64,000 nucleotides of DNA. It comes from Candidatus Krumholzibacteriota bacterium (GTDB lineage Bacteria; Krumholzibacteriota; Krumholzibacteriia; JAJRXK01). A program made the translations under genes and the position numbers. How positions within the stretch are numbered: position 1 is the stretch's first letter; the number at the start of each line of letters is the position of its first letter. Positions 49,108 through 58,520 of the stretch are shown in pieces. The stretch spans positions 1 through 64,000 of the forward strand of contig CAWDWO010000022.1 of NCBI GenBank assembly GCA_963806035.1, read 5' to 3'. The notes beneath the pieces were generated by a model that saw only the letters and a list, made by a program, of their open reading frames with translations, did not search any database and was not told the origin of the DNA.

Positions 49108-50178
49108 TCACACGCGGAGAGTCTGCAGAGCCTGGCTCAATTCTGACCACTCGACTTCGTGGCCGACGGTAGCCGAGCCAATTCCCTCCGTCAAGACCAT
49201 CCTCACCCGGCGATCCCAGACTTTCTTGTCGTAACCTACTGCTACCAGGGCAGTTTCGGTATCCACTCCGGGTGCGGCGCGCGGCAACCCCAGACGACCG
49301 AGGAGTTCGGTGACGCGTGAGGTCGTCCCCGAGGGAGCAAGGCCGCGGGTCTGCGAAATCCTGAGCGCTCCGATCATGCCCAAAGCCACCGCCTCGCCGT
49401 GGTGCAGGGGCGGCCGGGTCGTGGCCTCGATCGCGTGCCCCAAGGTGTGGCCGAAATTGAGAATCTCGCGGATTCCCGTCTCGCGCGGGTCCTCGCTGAC
49501 CACCCTCCCCTTCACGCGCGCGGCACGCTCGAGCACCGTCGCCCACAGTTCGAGATCCAGGATGCGCAGTTCTTCCGCTCTCTCTTCCAGAATTTGGAAG
49601 AGTTCAGCGTCCGCGATGATGCCACACTTGAGGACTTCGGCCAGGCCCCCCACGCGGTGGCGCTGCGGTAGACTCTCCAGGGCCTGTAGAGCGCCGTATA
49701 CCCCACAGGGCTGATGGAATGCTCCAATGAGATTTTTCAGTCCGTAGCCGTTGACCCCGGTTTTCCCGCCCACCGCTGAATCGGCGAGGGAAATCACGGT
49801 GGTGGCGATCGGACACCAGTCGAGTCCTCGCATGTAGCTGGCAGCGAAGTAACCGACGAGATCACCCACCGTGCCCCCGCCCAGTGCAATGACCAGGGTG
49901 CGGCGATCGACGCGCGCCTCCAGCGCCTCTGAAACCAGAGCATCCAAATGGCGCAGATTCTTGATCCTCTCCCCGCCCGCGATCTCCACCACTCGCTCGC
50001 GTTCGGAGCGGCTCAGTCCGGCCAGGGCTCCCGCGTGGTTGCGCAGCACCTTGCGATCGGCCACCACGAAAAGTCGCCGGTTCGGATGGTCGGCGTGCAG
50101 CGCTTCCCAGGTCGCTTGAAAACTGGACCTGAGACGAACCGGATACGGTGGGTTCAAAGTAATTTCGAAGTCGTTCAC
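49108..50178 (-). CDS. aroB: 3-dehydroquinate synthase
   Basis: GGERIK, ALGGGTVGDLVG, DSAVGGKTGVN, KNLIGAFHQP, LNFGHTLGHAIE, HGEAVA. Start estimated at GTG 50178. Confidence 0.95.
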   Translation of the reverse strand: MNDFEITLNPPYPVRLRSSFQATWEALHADHPNRRLFVVADRKVLRNHAGALAGLSRSERERVVEIAGGERIKNLRHLDALVSEALEARVDRRTLVIALGGGTVGDLVGYFAASYMRGLDWCPIATTVISLADSAVGGKTGVNGYGLKNLIGAFHQPCGVYGALQALESLPQRHRVGGLAEVLKCGIIADAELFQILEERAEELRILDLELWATVLERAARVKGRVVSEDPRETGIREILNFGHTLGHAIEATTRPPLHHGEAVALGMIGALRISQTRGLAPSGTTSRVTELLGRLGLPRAAPGVDTETALVAVGYDKKVWDRRVRMVLTEGIGSATVGHEVEWSELSQALQTLRV

Positions 50179-50180
50179 GT

Positions 50181-51214
50181 TCAGGGAACCAGGGTTTCGG
50201 CCACGCAGGTGGCCTCCCGAATGTAGGGTCTCTTCTTCATGCCGGGCGCATAGGTCAAAACGTTGATGGCGTAGAGCCGCCGTTTCTCGGGCTGGTAGAG
50301 GAAGTAGGTTCTGAACGGTCCGCCGTAATCCCCGTTCTGGCCTGCCAGTAGCCGGAAAGAACCAGGTGCAGCTTGCCCGCAAAGATGTCCTCGCCCCAGT
50401 TGTAGCCCGCGGCATCCTGCAGATCTTCCTCCAGATAGCGCGCGCCGAAAGAGCGCCTCAGCTCGAGCAACACCTCGTGATCATTGATGATCGTGCTATC
50501 CGCGTCGTCCAAATAATAGATGCTCGCGGTACGGGTGGGTCTCGTTGCCGCAACCTCCACCAGTCCATCCTTCACGCCCTTCTCGAACCTGGTTTCGTGA
50601 TACGAAGCGGGAACTTGCAATCCGAATCCCATCTGATCACGAATCTTGTTCTCCAGTTGCACATCGTGACCATTGGTGAACAGATAGTCGCGCAGGCGAT
50701 CCCGATTTTCCGTTTTCATGCGATTGATGAGGGTTCCGATTCCCTTGGCCAACCCACTTTGCATGAGCGTGCGGTCATTCCCGGCCACGAAAAACACGAG
50801 CTGATTGCGGCTGTAGACGTCCGACTTCACCGCGACGTAAAAGTTGCGCTTGCCCTGGCGGTCCATCGTCTCTCCCCCGAGTCGACTGCGCAACTCCTTG
50901 CTCGCAGGATCCCTCCCCTTCAAAAGCCCAATGACGATCACGTTCTTGTACACCTGCGCGTTACGCCGGTCGTTCCAATCGAAAATGTCGACGTTGAAGA
51001 GCGGCTCGGGCTGGATGGTGTAGTCCACATCCACCGATAGCGCGCGCTGCAGCTGACTGGCCACCGGTCCCAGCGACGCGGTATCCGTCAGGATTGCGAC
51101 GTCAGAATAGGAACCGACCGCCGCGCTCATCGGCTGGCCGTTCTCGCATCCGAGCGCACTCGCCATGAGACTCGCCGCGAGAATCAGCAAAAGAGCGGTT
51201 TTGATTTTGGTCAT
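50181..51214 (-). CDS. DUF4837-like lipoprotein (one apparent 1-nt deletion near 50340)
   Basis: Lipobox ALGC; QPEPLF, DVYSRNQ, VPASY, GYW. After TGGCAGGCC the neighbouring frame gives GDYGGPFRTY...YAPGMKKRPYIRE, the expected family C-terminus, ending at TGA 50181. Confidence 0.7.
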
Positions 51215-51281
51215 GATGATATTCTCCAGCGCGTAAGGACGGGCCCTCTGGAGAATATATGCGCATGAGCGCTCTATCGCG

Positions 51282-51962
51282 TCAATGAGGACTTACAGAG
51301 TTGCTCGCGCGCAAGCTATCGACGGGAACGGCGCCCTGGCCCGGCACACGCACGTAACGCGAGCCGAAACGCAGCTGACTGCCGATATCCTCAGAAGAGC
51401 CCATGAGAAGAGCATTCACGGTACTGACGTGACCGAGCAGCGACGGAGGCGTACGCCAATCCGGCCGGGCGCCCAGGCGCCATGCCGGGATCTCGGCCGC
51501 GGTTTGCTTTTGCAAGTTCGCGAATTCCTCCGCAGCGGAAAAACCGAGGGCCGGAGACTTTTTGGCGGTGGGGGAAGATTGCGCCAACAACTCCGGCGGG
51601 GAGCTGATACTGACCGAAGCGTTCCGAGCGGGAAGCAACCAGAGGCCCAGGCCCAGGACCACGATCATGACGGAGAAAGCACTGATGCTGGCGGGCAACC
51701 AGAATCTGCCGCTCGCGGTGTCTTGGGCCGAAGCGCGGGCGCGAAGGGCCTTGCGAATGCCCAGCTGCACCATCCACTCGAATTGAGCCGAGGGTGCGCT
51801 CTCGGACTCCTGGAGAAGTTTGTGGCAGGTCTCGAGATCTTCCTGGTAGTTCACGCACTCCGGACAGTCTTGCAGATGACGGGCCAGAGTGACGCGATCC
51901 TGGTCCTTGAGTTCACCGTCCATCGCGGTGGAAATGAAAACTCGGGCTTTGGCGCAACGCAT
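51282..51962 (-). CDS. Zinc-binding (ZAS/zf-HC2) transmembrane anti-sigma factor
   Basis: MRC...DGEL...HLQDCPEC (HxxxCxxC), one TM helix, directly downstream of the ECF sigma gene. Confidence 0.87.
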   Translation of the reverse strand: MRCAKARVFISTAMDGELKDQDRVTLARHLQDCPECVNYQEDLETCHKLLQESESAPSAQFEWMVQLGIRKALRARASAQDTASGRFWLPASISAFSVMIVVLGLGLWLLPARNASVSISSPPELLAQSSPTAKKSPALGFSAAEEFANLQKQTAAEIPAWRLGARPDWRTPPSLLGHVSTVNALLMGSSEDIGSQLRFGSRYVRVPGQGAVPVDSLRASNSVSPH

Positions 51963-51975
51963 GATGCTTTAATCC

Positions 51976-52686
51976 TCAGTGAGATGGGGTGGAGGGTTGA
52001 TCGGGAGAAATCAGAGTTTCATCCCGTAGCATCGGCTCGATGATGCGACGAAAATGAGTCCGGGCGCGGTTGATTCGACTGCGAACCGTGCCCAGCTTGA
52101 GTCCGGTGACGGCTGCGATTTCCTCGTACGAGAGCTGGTTCACCTCTCGCAGCAAGAAGGGCTCGCGATAATTTTCCGGGATCTGTGCACTCGCTTCCGC
52201 GATGATCCGCTCGAGTTCCACCCCGGCCGTCGTCTCTTCCGGATTGGGGGCCTTGTCGGGGATCTCGAATGCTCGTTCCTCGTCGTCACCCTCTCCCTTG
52301 AAGAAGAGTGAGAGTATGGTGGGGAGACGCTTCTTCTTGCGAAAACGATTGCGGACCAAGTTGGTGGCGATCGTATACAGCCAGGTGGAGAAGCGCGCGA
52401 TGGTGCGGTACTTGTCGGCGTGGATGTAGGCGCGCACGAAAGCGTCCTGCGCGATCTCCTCGGCCACGTCGGGCCGTCCGACCATGCGCAAAATGTAGTT
52501 GTAGAGCCTGAGTTTGTATCGACCCACCAAGATGTCGTAGCAGGACTTTTCACCCTCCTGCACACGGAGCATGAGCTCCTCGTCGCTGAGCTCCGCCCGC
52601 GAGGTGGGCTTCTGCCTCGGATCCAGTTGTCTCACCGTCCTCTGTATCGCCATGAGAGCCGCCGTTTCGTCGGGTGTTACACTCAA
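51976..52686 (-). CDS. ECF-family RNA polymerase sigma factor (SigW/RpoE-like)
   Basis: Region 2 AEEIAQDAFVRAY...FSTWLYTIATN; region 4 LSYEEIA...GTVRSRINRAR. Start uncertain (TTG 52686 or ATG 52653). Confidence 0.92.
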   Translation of the reverse strand: MSVTPDETAALMAIQRTVRQLDPRQKPTSRAELSDEELMLRVQEGEKSCYDILVGRYKLRLYNYILRMVGRPDVAEEIAQDAFVRAYIHADKYRTIARFSTWLYTIATNLVRNRFRKKKRLPTILSLFFKGEGDDEERAFEIPDKAPNPEETTAGVELERIIAEASAQIPENYREPFLLREVNQLSYEEIAAVTGLKLGTVRSRINRARTHFRRIIEPMLRDETLISPDQPSTPSH

Positions 52687-52752
52687 GATCCTTCCGTCCT
52701 TCGATCCCTCTCGCCGCTGGGCGACAGGATCCGGGGACGGGATCTGAGGGCT

Positions 52753-52780
52753 TATACGCCGGCTCTCGGCACGGGTTCCC
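52753..52780 (-). promoter_or_regulatory. Putative autoregulatory ECF promoter (GGGAAC-N16-CGTATA)
   Basis: Minus strand GGGAAC ccgtgccgagagccgg CGTATA immediately upstream of the ECF sigma gene; matches the general ECF AAC...CGT architecture. Confidence 0.75.
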
Positions 52781-52785
52781 GCTTC

Positions 52786-53505
52786 TCAAGGAAGCATCAG
52801 CGGGTCCAGAAGGCTATCCGCGAAGACCGGAATCTCCTGAACCGTCCAGCGCAGTTGGGCCGGCGCGTCCAGGAGAGTGCCGCTCAGCTCCGTTTCGCGG
52901 GGAATCTGGCCCCAGGAGGTCCTCACCCAACTCTTGGGGGTCGCCCGCAACCTCTCCCCGCGGAAGACGACTTCCATCTCTTCGGCCCGGTCCCGGCCCA
53001 GTTTGGCCCGGATCCCCATCTCCCCATCGCGGGCGCGCCAGCTGCTGCCGCGGCGGCTTCCCACGAGCGGTTCCGAACCCAGCCAGTGCCCCAGGGCCAG
53101 CCACAGCGCGTGCCGCACGTGGAATGCGCCGCCCTTGAGCTCGACCTCACCCGGCCCATCCCCGAGTTCCGTGAAGCGGCCCTTCCTGCGATCGAAGAGC
53201 AGCGCGCTTTCTGGACCCCAGATGAGCACATCGTGCGCGGGATCCCCATTCTCGTCCTCGTAGAGCAAGTCTGCGCGCAGCCAGGAGTCCGAACGCAACC
53301 AAGCCTCCAGGCTCACACTCGGGCCGAAGCCCAGCGCGCCTCCACTCAGCTCTCCTTCGAAATGCAGGGCGCGGCTGGAAGCGCCGGCGGGCAGCTGGAG
53401 CATCGCGGGCGTATCGGGAGAATCCTCGAGGGGAACCGTCCCGGTGCCGCAAGCGCTCAGAGCGAGGGCACAGAACAGAACGAGACAGGCGCGCTCAGGG
53501 AGCAT
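52786..53505 (-). CDS. Hypothetical lipoprotein (possibly LolB/DUF4292-like fold)
   Basis: Lipobox LSAC; beta-rich pattern; overlaps the stop of the upstream TPR gene. Confidence 0.65.
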   Translation of the reverse strand: MLPERACLVLFCALALSACGTGTVPLEDSPDTPAMLQLPAGASSRALHFEGELSGGALGFGPSVSLEAWLRSDSWLRADLLYEDENGDPAHDVLIWGPESALLFDRRKGRFTELGDGPGEVELKGGAFHVRHALWLALGHWLGSEPLVGSRRGSSWRARDGEMGIRAKLGRDRAEEMEVVFRGERLRATPKSWVRTSWGQIPRETELSGTLLDAPAQLRWTVQEIPVFADSLLDPLMLP

Positions 53506-55312
53506 CGCCAGCTCCCGACTTGGCGCGCTCGATGAGTGGATCGAGTACCGCCTCGTCGCCCCCGAGCGCGAGAGCGCGCTGCAGAACTCCGAGGGCCTTG
53601 TCGTAGTGTTCCAGCGCCAGCAGAACCTGTCCCATGTGGAGCAAGACGGTGACGTCGTCCCCGATCAGATTCGCCGAGTCGATGAGCCTTCCCAGCGCCT
53701 CCTCGTAGTGCCCCTGGCGATAGAGCACCCAACCCAGGCTGTCCAGGTAGTAAGGGTTCTTGGGCTCCGCCTTGACTGCTTCGTCGATCATCTCTTTCGC
53801 CCGTTGCAGCTGCCATCCCTGATCGGCGAGAAGGTAGCCGTAGAAGTTCAGCAGATTGGCCTCGTGGGGGCGCAGCTTCAGGAGACGATCGAGGGTGTCG
53901 CAGGCCTCGTGGTAGAGCCCGGCCCTCTCCTGCGCCCACGCGAGTTCGTTGAGGGCCTGCACGTTGTCCTCTTGCAGAGCAGCCGCGCGTCCCAGCGGAA
54001 TCACCGCTTCGCTGGGGCGGTCGGCGCGCCGCAGGAGCGAACCCAGAATCAAGTTCTGCCGGAAACTCTTGTCCTTCACCTGACCCTGCGCCGCCACCAA
54101 AAGGCGGTTGAAGCGCTCCTTGATCTTGTCATCGGACGCCAGTTGGCCCTTCTGCTCGTCTGCGTGCCCCCCGCTGAGGTCCGGATAGTGCCGGCTCATC
54201 GCCAAGAGCAGACTCACCAGGATGCCCGGGTCGTCCGGCTGCATCTGAAGAGCGCGCTGGAGGGTGTCTTCCGCGGTGCCCAGCTCGCCCCGTTCCAGAG
54301 CGATCTCCCCCACCATCTGCAGAACCAGGCCGTCCTGCTCATCGTCGTTCAAGAGGCCCTGGGCCAGCTCCCACGCCTCGTCGTAACGTTCCTGGCGGAT
54401 GAGAAGGTCGGTGAGGAGAACTTGCCCGTGCCGGTCGAGCGATCCGTTCCTGGCCAGAGGCAGGAGCAAGTCGCAGGCATCCCCGTTGCGGCCCTGACCG
54501 AGGTACAGGTCCGCGAGCAGGCGTCGATAGGTCTCGTCTTGCGAGGCCCTCTTCAGAAGGCCCTCCAGAAGAGAGATGGCCGCCTTTTCGTCTCCGTCCG
54601 TGCGGTACTGGTTCACCAAAATTTGCGCCGCGGCTTCGTCGTCGGGATCCTTCCGCAGAAGTTCCTTAAGGATCGACTCGCCCTTCTCCTTGGAACCGGC
54701 TCGCAGCAGCAAGGTGGCCTGAGAGCGAAGGAGCCCCGGGTCGTCGGGGTGTTCCTCGAGACGGCGTGATTGTAATTCCACCGCATCCTCGAGACGGCCC
54801 AGGCGCTCCAGAACTTCCACTCGCAAGGAGAGAACCTCGGAGTCCTGAGGATACTCGCTCTGCAGTTCCTCGCTGAGGGGCAGGGCCTTGTCGGTCAAGC
54901 CGCCCAGGAGCAACAACCTCGTCTTCTGGATGCGTAGCTCCTTGTCCTGCGGGAGCGCAGTCAGCGCCAGATCCAGCGCGGTGAGTGCGTCTTTGAGACG
55001 ACCCATGCGCAGAGCCAGTGCGACGGTGCGGCTCACGATCTCCCGGTTGGTGGGATCCTGCCGCAGGGCGTAGCCGTAGTGCTGGAGCGCTCCCTCGAGG
55101 TCGCCTCCCTCGATCATTGCGCCCGCGATGAAGAGCGCGGTGGGAACCGAACGCGGAAGCAAGGGTACGGCGCTGGTATCCGCCTCCGCCGAACCTCCCT
55201 CCGTCGCGCGGGCAGCGCGCGCGAGGATCGAGGATTGCGCGGCGAGAATCGCTCCCGCCGCGAAGGCGGTCAGGATCCACTGGAGAGAGGCAGAGGGTCG
55301 AGCGAGTTTCAT
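53495..55312 (-). CDS. Exported multi-TPR protein
   Basis: Signal peptide and many TPRs; C-terminal ANLLNFYGYLLAD...EPKNPYYLDSLGWVLYRQG...HMGQV, typical of the TPR gene that precedes lolB-like genes. Confidence 0.85.
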   Translation of the reverse strand: MKLARPSASLQWILTAFAAGAILAAQSSILARAARATEGGSAEADTSAVPLLPRSVPTALFIAGAMIEGGDLEGALQHYGYALRQDPTNREIVSRTVALALRMGRLKDALTALDLALTALPQDKELRIQKTRLLLLGGLTDKALPLSEELQSEYPQDSEVLSLRVEVLERLGRLEDAVELQSRRLEEHPDDPGLLRSQATLLLRAGSKEKGESILKELLRKDPDDEAAAQILVNQYRTDGDEKAAISLLEGLLKRASQDETYRRLLADLYLGQGRNGDACDLLLPLARNGSLDRHGQVLLTDLLIRQERYDEAWELAQGLLNDDEQDGLVLQMVGEIALERGELGTAEDTLQRALQMQPDDPGILVSLLLAMSRHYPDLSGGHADEQKGQLASDDKIKERFNRLLVAAQGQVKDKSFRQNLILGSLLRRADRPSEAVIPLGRAAALQEDNVQALNELAWAQERAGLYHEACDTLDRLLKLRPHEANLLNFYGYLLADQGWQLQRAKEMIDEAVKAEPKNPYYLDSLGWVLYRQGHYEEALGRLIDSANLIGDDVTVLLHMGQVLLALEHYDKALGVLQRALALGGDEAVLDPLIERAKSGAGDAP

Positions 55313-55842
55313 GAGCGGGAGTTCCCCTCTCCACGACCAGTTTGATCGCATGCGCCCGCCACGCCGAGGATCTGCAGCGCATGGGGCAAGAGTTGCTGAA
55401 TGGAATCCAGAGTCTCCAGGGCCGCCTTGGGATGTCCCGGCAGGTTCACGATCAAAGAGGCTCCCCGGATCACCGCTACTCCCCGGCTCAGGGCCGCGAG
55501 CGGTGTGATGGCGCAGCAGCTGCGGCGCGCGCTCTCCATGAGTCCGGGCACCACCCGCTCCGCCACGGCCAGAGTACCCTCGGGGGTCTGATCGCGGGGG
55601 GCCAAGCCACTTCCTCCGGTGGTGAGAATCAAGCGGGCGTCGCCGCGTGCACAGAGTTCGCGCAACTTCTGGCTGACCGTCTCTTTGCCGTCGGAAATCA
55701 GCTCGACTCCGAGGACTTCATAACCCAGTTCGCGTAAACGCTGCTGCAGAGCGGGACCGCTCTCGTCGATGCTTTCCCCGCGGGCGCCACGATCGCTCAC
55801 GGTCAACACGCGGGCGGTGAGAATTGAGGCTGGAGGATTCAA
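55309..55842 (-). CDS. mog: Molybdopterin adenylyltransferase Mog/MoaB
   Basis: LTVSD, DESGP, ILTTGGSGLAPRDQTPE, LSRG, IVNLPGHPKA. Confidence 0.9.
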   Translation of the reverse strand: MNPPASILTARVLTVSDRGARGESIDESGPALQQRLRELGYEVLGVELISDGKETVSQKLRELCARGDARLILTTGGSGLAPRDQTPEGTLAVAERVVPGLMESARRSCCAITPLAALSRGVAVIRGASLIVNLPGHPKAALETLDSIQQLLPHALQILGVAGACDQTGRGEGNSRS

Positions 55843-55862
55843 GATCAGAGGCTTTCGGGTTC

Positions 55863-56351
55863 CTACGGCTTGCGCTTGGCGCCTCTCATGAGCTGCTCAT
55901 AGGCAGTGTCGAGGTGCTCCAGGTCTTCTTCGCTCGCACTTCCGCCGCTCTGAAGAGCCAGATTGTACTGCTCTTCGACATAGCGACAGAGATAAACGTT
56001 CTTGAGCTCGATCTGTTCCTCAAGATAGCGAATCGACTGTTCCTTGGCCTTCAGGAAACTCTCGTCCTCTTCCTGACCCTTGAGGTTGTGGACGTAGTCG
56101 CGGATCAGTCCGAGCCAGTAGTTCTCGGTCTTGGCGCCATTGTCGAAAGCGCAGCCCTCGACGTCCACCAGGAAGCAGTATCCACGGAAGAAATAGGAGC
56201 ACTGCAGGGCGCCCATCAGGAAGTGGCGCCGGTGGCAAGTCTCCCCACATGCCTTGAAGCCGCAGGGCAGAGAGCACACTTCGCACAGTGCCTCATATGG
56301 AGCACCATGTGTAAAATGTGTATTTACAGGCGGTTCTGTAGGTTTGTTCAT
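55863..56351 (-). CDS. Hypothetical protein with Cys/His-rich N-terminal domain
   Basis: Fills the rnc-mog gap; GC3-typical codons from about codon 22; C-x2-C-x3-C-x4-C-x3-CH pattern followed by a helical acidic C-terminus. Start uncertain. Confidence 0.7.
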   Translation of the reverse strand: MNKPTEPPVNTHFTHGAPYEALCEVCSLPCGFKACGETCHRRHFLMGALQCSYFFRGYCFLVDVEGCAFDNGAKTENYWLGLIRDYVHNLKGQEEDESFLKAKEQSIRYLEEQIELKNVYLCRYVEEQYNLALQSGGSASEEDLEHLDTAYEQLMRGAKRKP

Positions 56352-56407
56352 CTGCGTTCTCTCTGAGCCCACTCCCCTAGGCGTGGCAGCAGGGGACGTG
56401 CCAGACC

Positions 56408-57226
56408 CTAGTTCTCCGGGTTCTGGAGAGGTGAATCCAAAACTCCTGCGAGTTCGTCCAGGCGGGTCAGCGCGATCTCGGCGGCACGTTGCTCGGCCTG
56501 CTTCTTCGAGTTGCCCGAACCCACTCCGAGCACCGCTCCCTTCAAGCTCACCTTCACGGTGAAGCGGCGCGCATGATCCGGACCGCTGGTGGTCGAGACC
56601 CGGTAGCGCGGCGCCATCTTGTACTGCGCCTGCAGGGTCTCCTGCAGAAGGCTCTTGTAATTGCGACCCGTCCGTTCGTGGATGGTGTCGTTCACGTTGA
56701 TCAGAACTTGTTCATGCACGACCCGCGCCGCGGGGGCGAGACCGCCGTCCAGATAGAGAGCTCCGAAGACGGCTTCCATCGCGTCCGCGAGGATGGAATC
56801 GCGGTGGCGTCCTCCCGTGCTCTCTTCGCTCCTGGAGAGCAGAAGGTGCTCCCCCAAGCTGAGCCGTTCGGCGATCTTGGTGAGAGTGGGGCCGCATACC
56901 AGAAGAGACTTGATCTTCGTGAGATCGCCTTCCTCCTTCTTGAGGAAACGGCGGCAGAGGTATTCGTTCACCACCAGGCCCAAAACGGCGTCACCCAGAA
57001 ACTCGAGCCTCTCATTGCTCTGGATCCGGGATTGGCCCATCACGTGGACGTAGCTGCGGTGGGTGAGCGCCTTGGAAAGCAGGCTGGGATCACGAAAGTG
57101 GTAGCCCAACTTCCGTTCCAATTCCGCCTGGCCGGGAGCCAGGTCGCCATCCGACCCCGATCGAAAGAGAGGGATGCCGGTGCGAGACCAGAGGCCGCGA
57201 AACCACGAGGCCACTCCGCTCCCCAT
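56408..57226 (-). CDS. rnc: Ribonuclease III
   Basis: ALTHRSY, NERLEFLGDAVL, ADAMEAVFGALYLDGG, dsRBD NYKSLLQE...SKKQAEQRAA. Confidence 0.96.
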   Translation of the reverse strand: MGSGVASWFRGLWSRTGIPLFRSGSDGDLAPGQAELERKLGYHFRDPSLLSKALTHRSYVHVMGQSRIQSNERLEFLGDAVLGLVVNEYLCRRFLKKEEGDLTKIKSLLVCGPTLTKIAERLSLGEHLLLSRSEESTGGRHRDSILADAMEAVFGALYLDGGLAPAARVVHEQVLINVNDTIHERTGRNYKSLLQETLQAQYKMAPRYRVSTTSGPDHARRFTVKVSLKGAVLGVGSGNSKKQAEQRAAEIALTRLDELAGVLDSPLQNPEN

Positions 57227-57244
57227 CGCTCTCCTTTCCTCCCA

Positions 57245-58483
57245 CTAGCTCTGATAGCGGCTGAGGATCAGGGCCACGTTGTGCCCACCGAAGCCGAAGC
57301 TGTTGGTCAGCACGTGTTGCAGGTCCATCTTCACCGGACCGTCGCTCACGTGGTCGAGATCGCAGTCGGGGTCGGGCTCTTCGAGATTGATCGTCGGCGG
57401 GATCCGTCCGCTCTGAATGGCCAGAGCGCAGATGACCGCCTCCAGCCCACCGGCCGCGCCCAGAAGGTGGCCGGTCATCGATTTCGTGGAGCCCATTTTC
57501 AATTTGTAGGCGTGATCCTTGAAGACTTCCTTCACAGCGTGAACTTCGATCTTGTCGTTGAGTGGAGTCGAGGTTCCGTGCGCGTTGATGTAGTCGATCG
57601 CGGAGGGATCGAGTTCGGCGCTCTTTAATGCATGGCGCATCGCGCTCGCGGCCCCGCTTCCGTCGGAGGCGGGAGCGGTCATGTGGAAGGCATCCGCGCT
57701 CAGACCCCAACCCGTTACTTCGGCCAGAATCGTGGCGCCGCGCGCCTTGGCGCGTTCCGCTTCCTCCAGCACGATGATGCCGGCTCCCTCTCCGATGACG
57801 AATCCATCCCGAGTCCTGTCGAAAGGACGGGAAGCGCTACCGGGAGTATCGTTGCGCGAAGACAGAGCCTTCATGTTCGAGAAACCGGCGACGGCCATGC
57901 TGGTGATGGTCGCCTCGCTCCCGCCGCAGACCATCGCATCCGCGACACCCGTTCCAATCAACATCGCGGCGTCCACGATGGCGTTGGCTCCGGAGGCGCA
58001 GGCGGAGACCGTGCAGTAGTTCGGTCCCTTCAAACCATGACGGATGGATACGAGACCGGCCACCATGTCGCCGATCATCATGGGGATGAAGAAGGGGGAT
58101 ACTCTCCGCGGCCCGCCGTTCAGCAGAGCCTCGTGCTGCTTCTCGTAGATGATCATTCCGCCGATGCCACTGCCGATGATCACGCCCACGCGCGAGGGAT
58201 CATCGACGGTCAGGCCACTGTTCTCGATGGCCTCCGCGGCGGCCGCGACCCCGAACTGGGTGAAGCGGTCCATCTTGCGCGCATCCTTGGGCTCGAAATA
58301 GCGAGCGGGATCCCAGTCCTTAACCTCCGCCGCCAAGCGTACGCTTTGGTCGCTGGCGTCGAAAATCGTGATGGGGCCACCCCCGGGCACACCCTCCAAA
58401 AGGTGGTTCCAGGTTTCGCTCAGACCGATACCCACCGGCGATATGGCGCCGCAACCAGTGATGACGACACGTCGTCCCTTCAC
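57245..58483 (-). CDS. fabF: 3-oxoacyl-ACP synthase II FabF
   Basis: RRVVITG, SACASG, SRPFD, INAHGTSTP, TKSMTGHLLGAAG, NSFGFGGHN. Confidence 0.97.
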   Translation of the reverse strand: MKGRRVVITGCGAISPVGIGLSETWNHLLEGVPGGGPITIFDASDQSVRLAAEVKDWDPARYFEPKDARKMDRFTQFGVAAAAEAIENSGLTVDDPSRVGVIIGSGIGGMIIYEKQHEALLNGGPRRVSPFFIPMMIGDMVAGLVSIRHGLKGPNYCTVSACASGANAIVDAAMLIGTGVADAMVCGGSEATITSMAVAGFSNMKALSSRNDTPGSASRPFDRTRDGFVIGEGAGIIVLEEAERAKARGATILAEVTGWGLSADAFHMTAPASDGSGAASAMRHALKSAELDPSAIDYINAHGTSTPLNDKIEVHAVKEVFKDHAYKLKMGSTKSMTGHLLGAAGGLEAVICALAIQSGRIPPTINLEEPDPDCDLDHVSDGPVKMDLQHVLTNSFGFGGHNVALILSRYQS

Positions 58484-58520
58484 TGCGGTATCCTTCCTCG
58501 CTGAAGTTCGGGCTCCTCCC

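Noticed and set aside
55835..55865. GGAACCC upstream of mog as a fourth ECF site
   Set aside because: No CGTA at the 16-17 nt spacing, and it is too close to the start codon.
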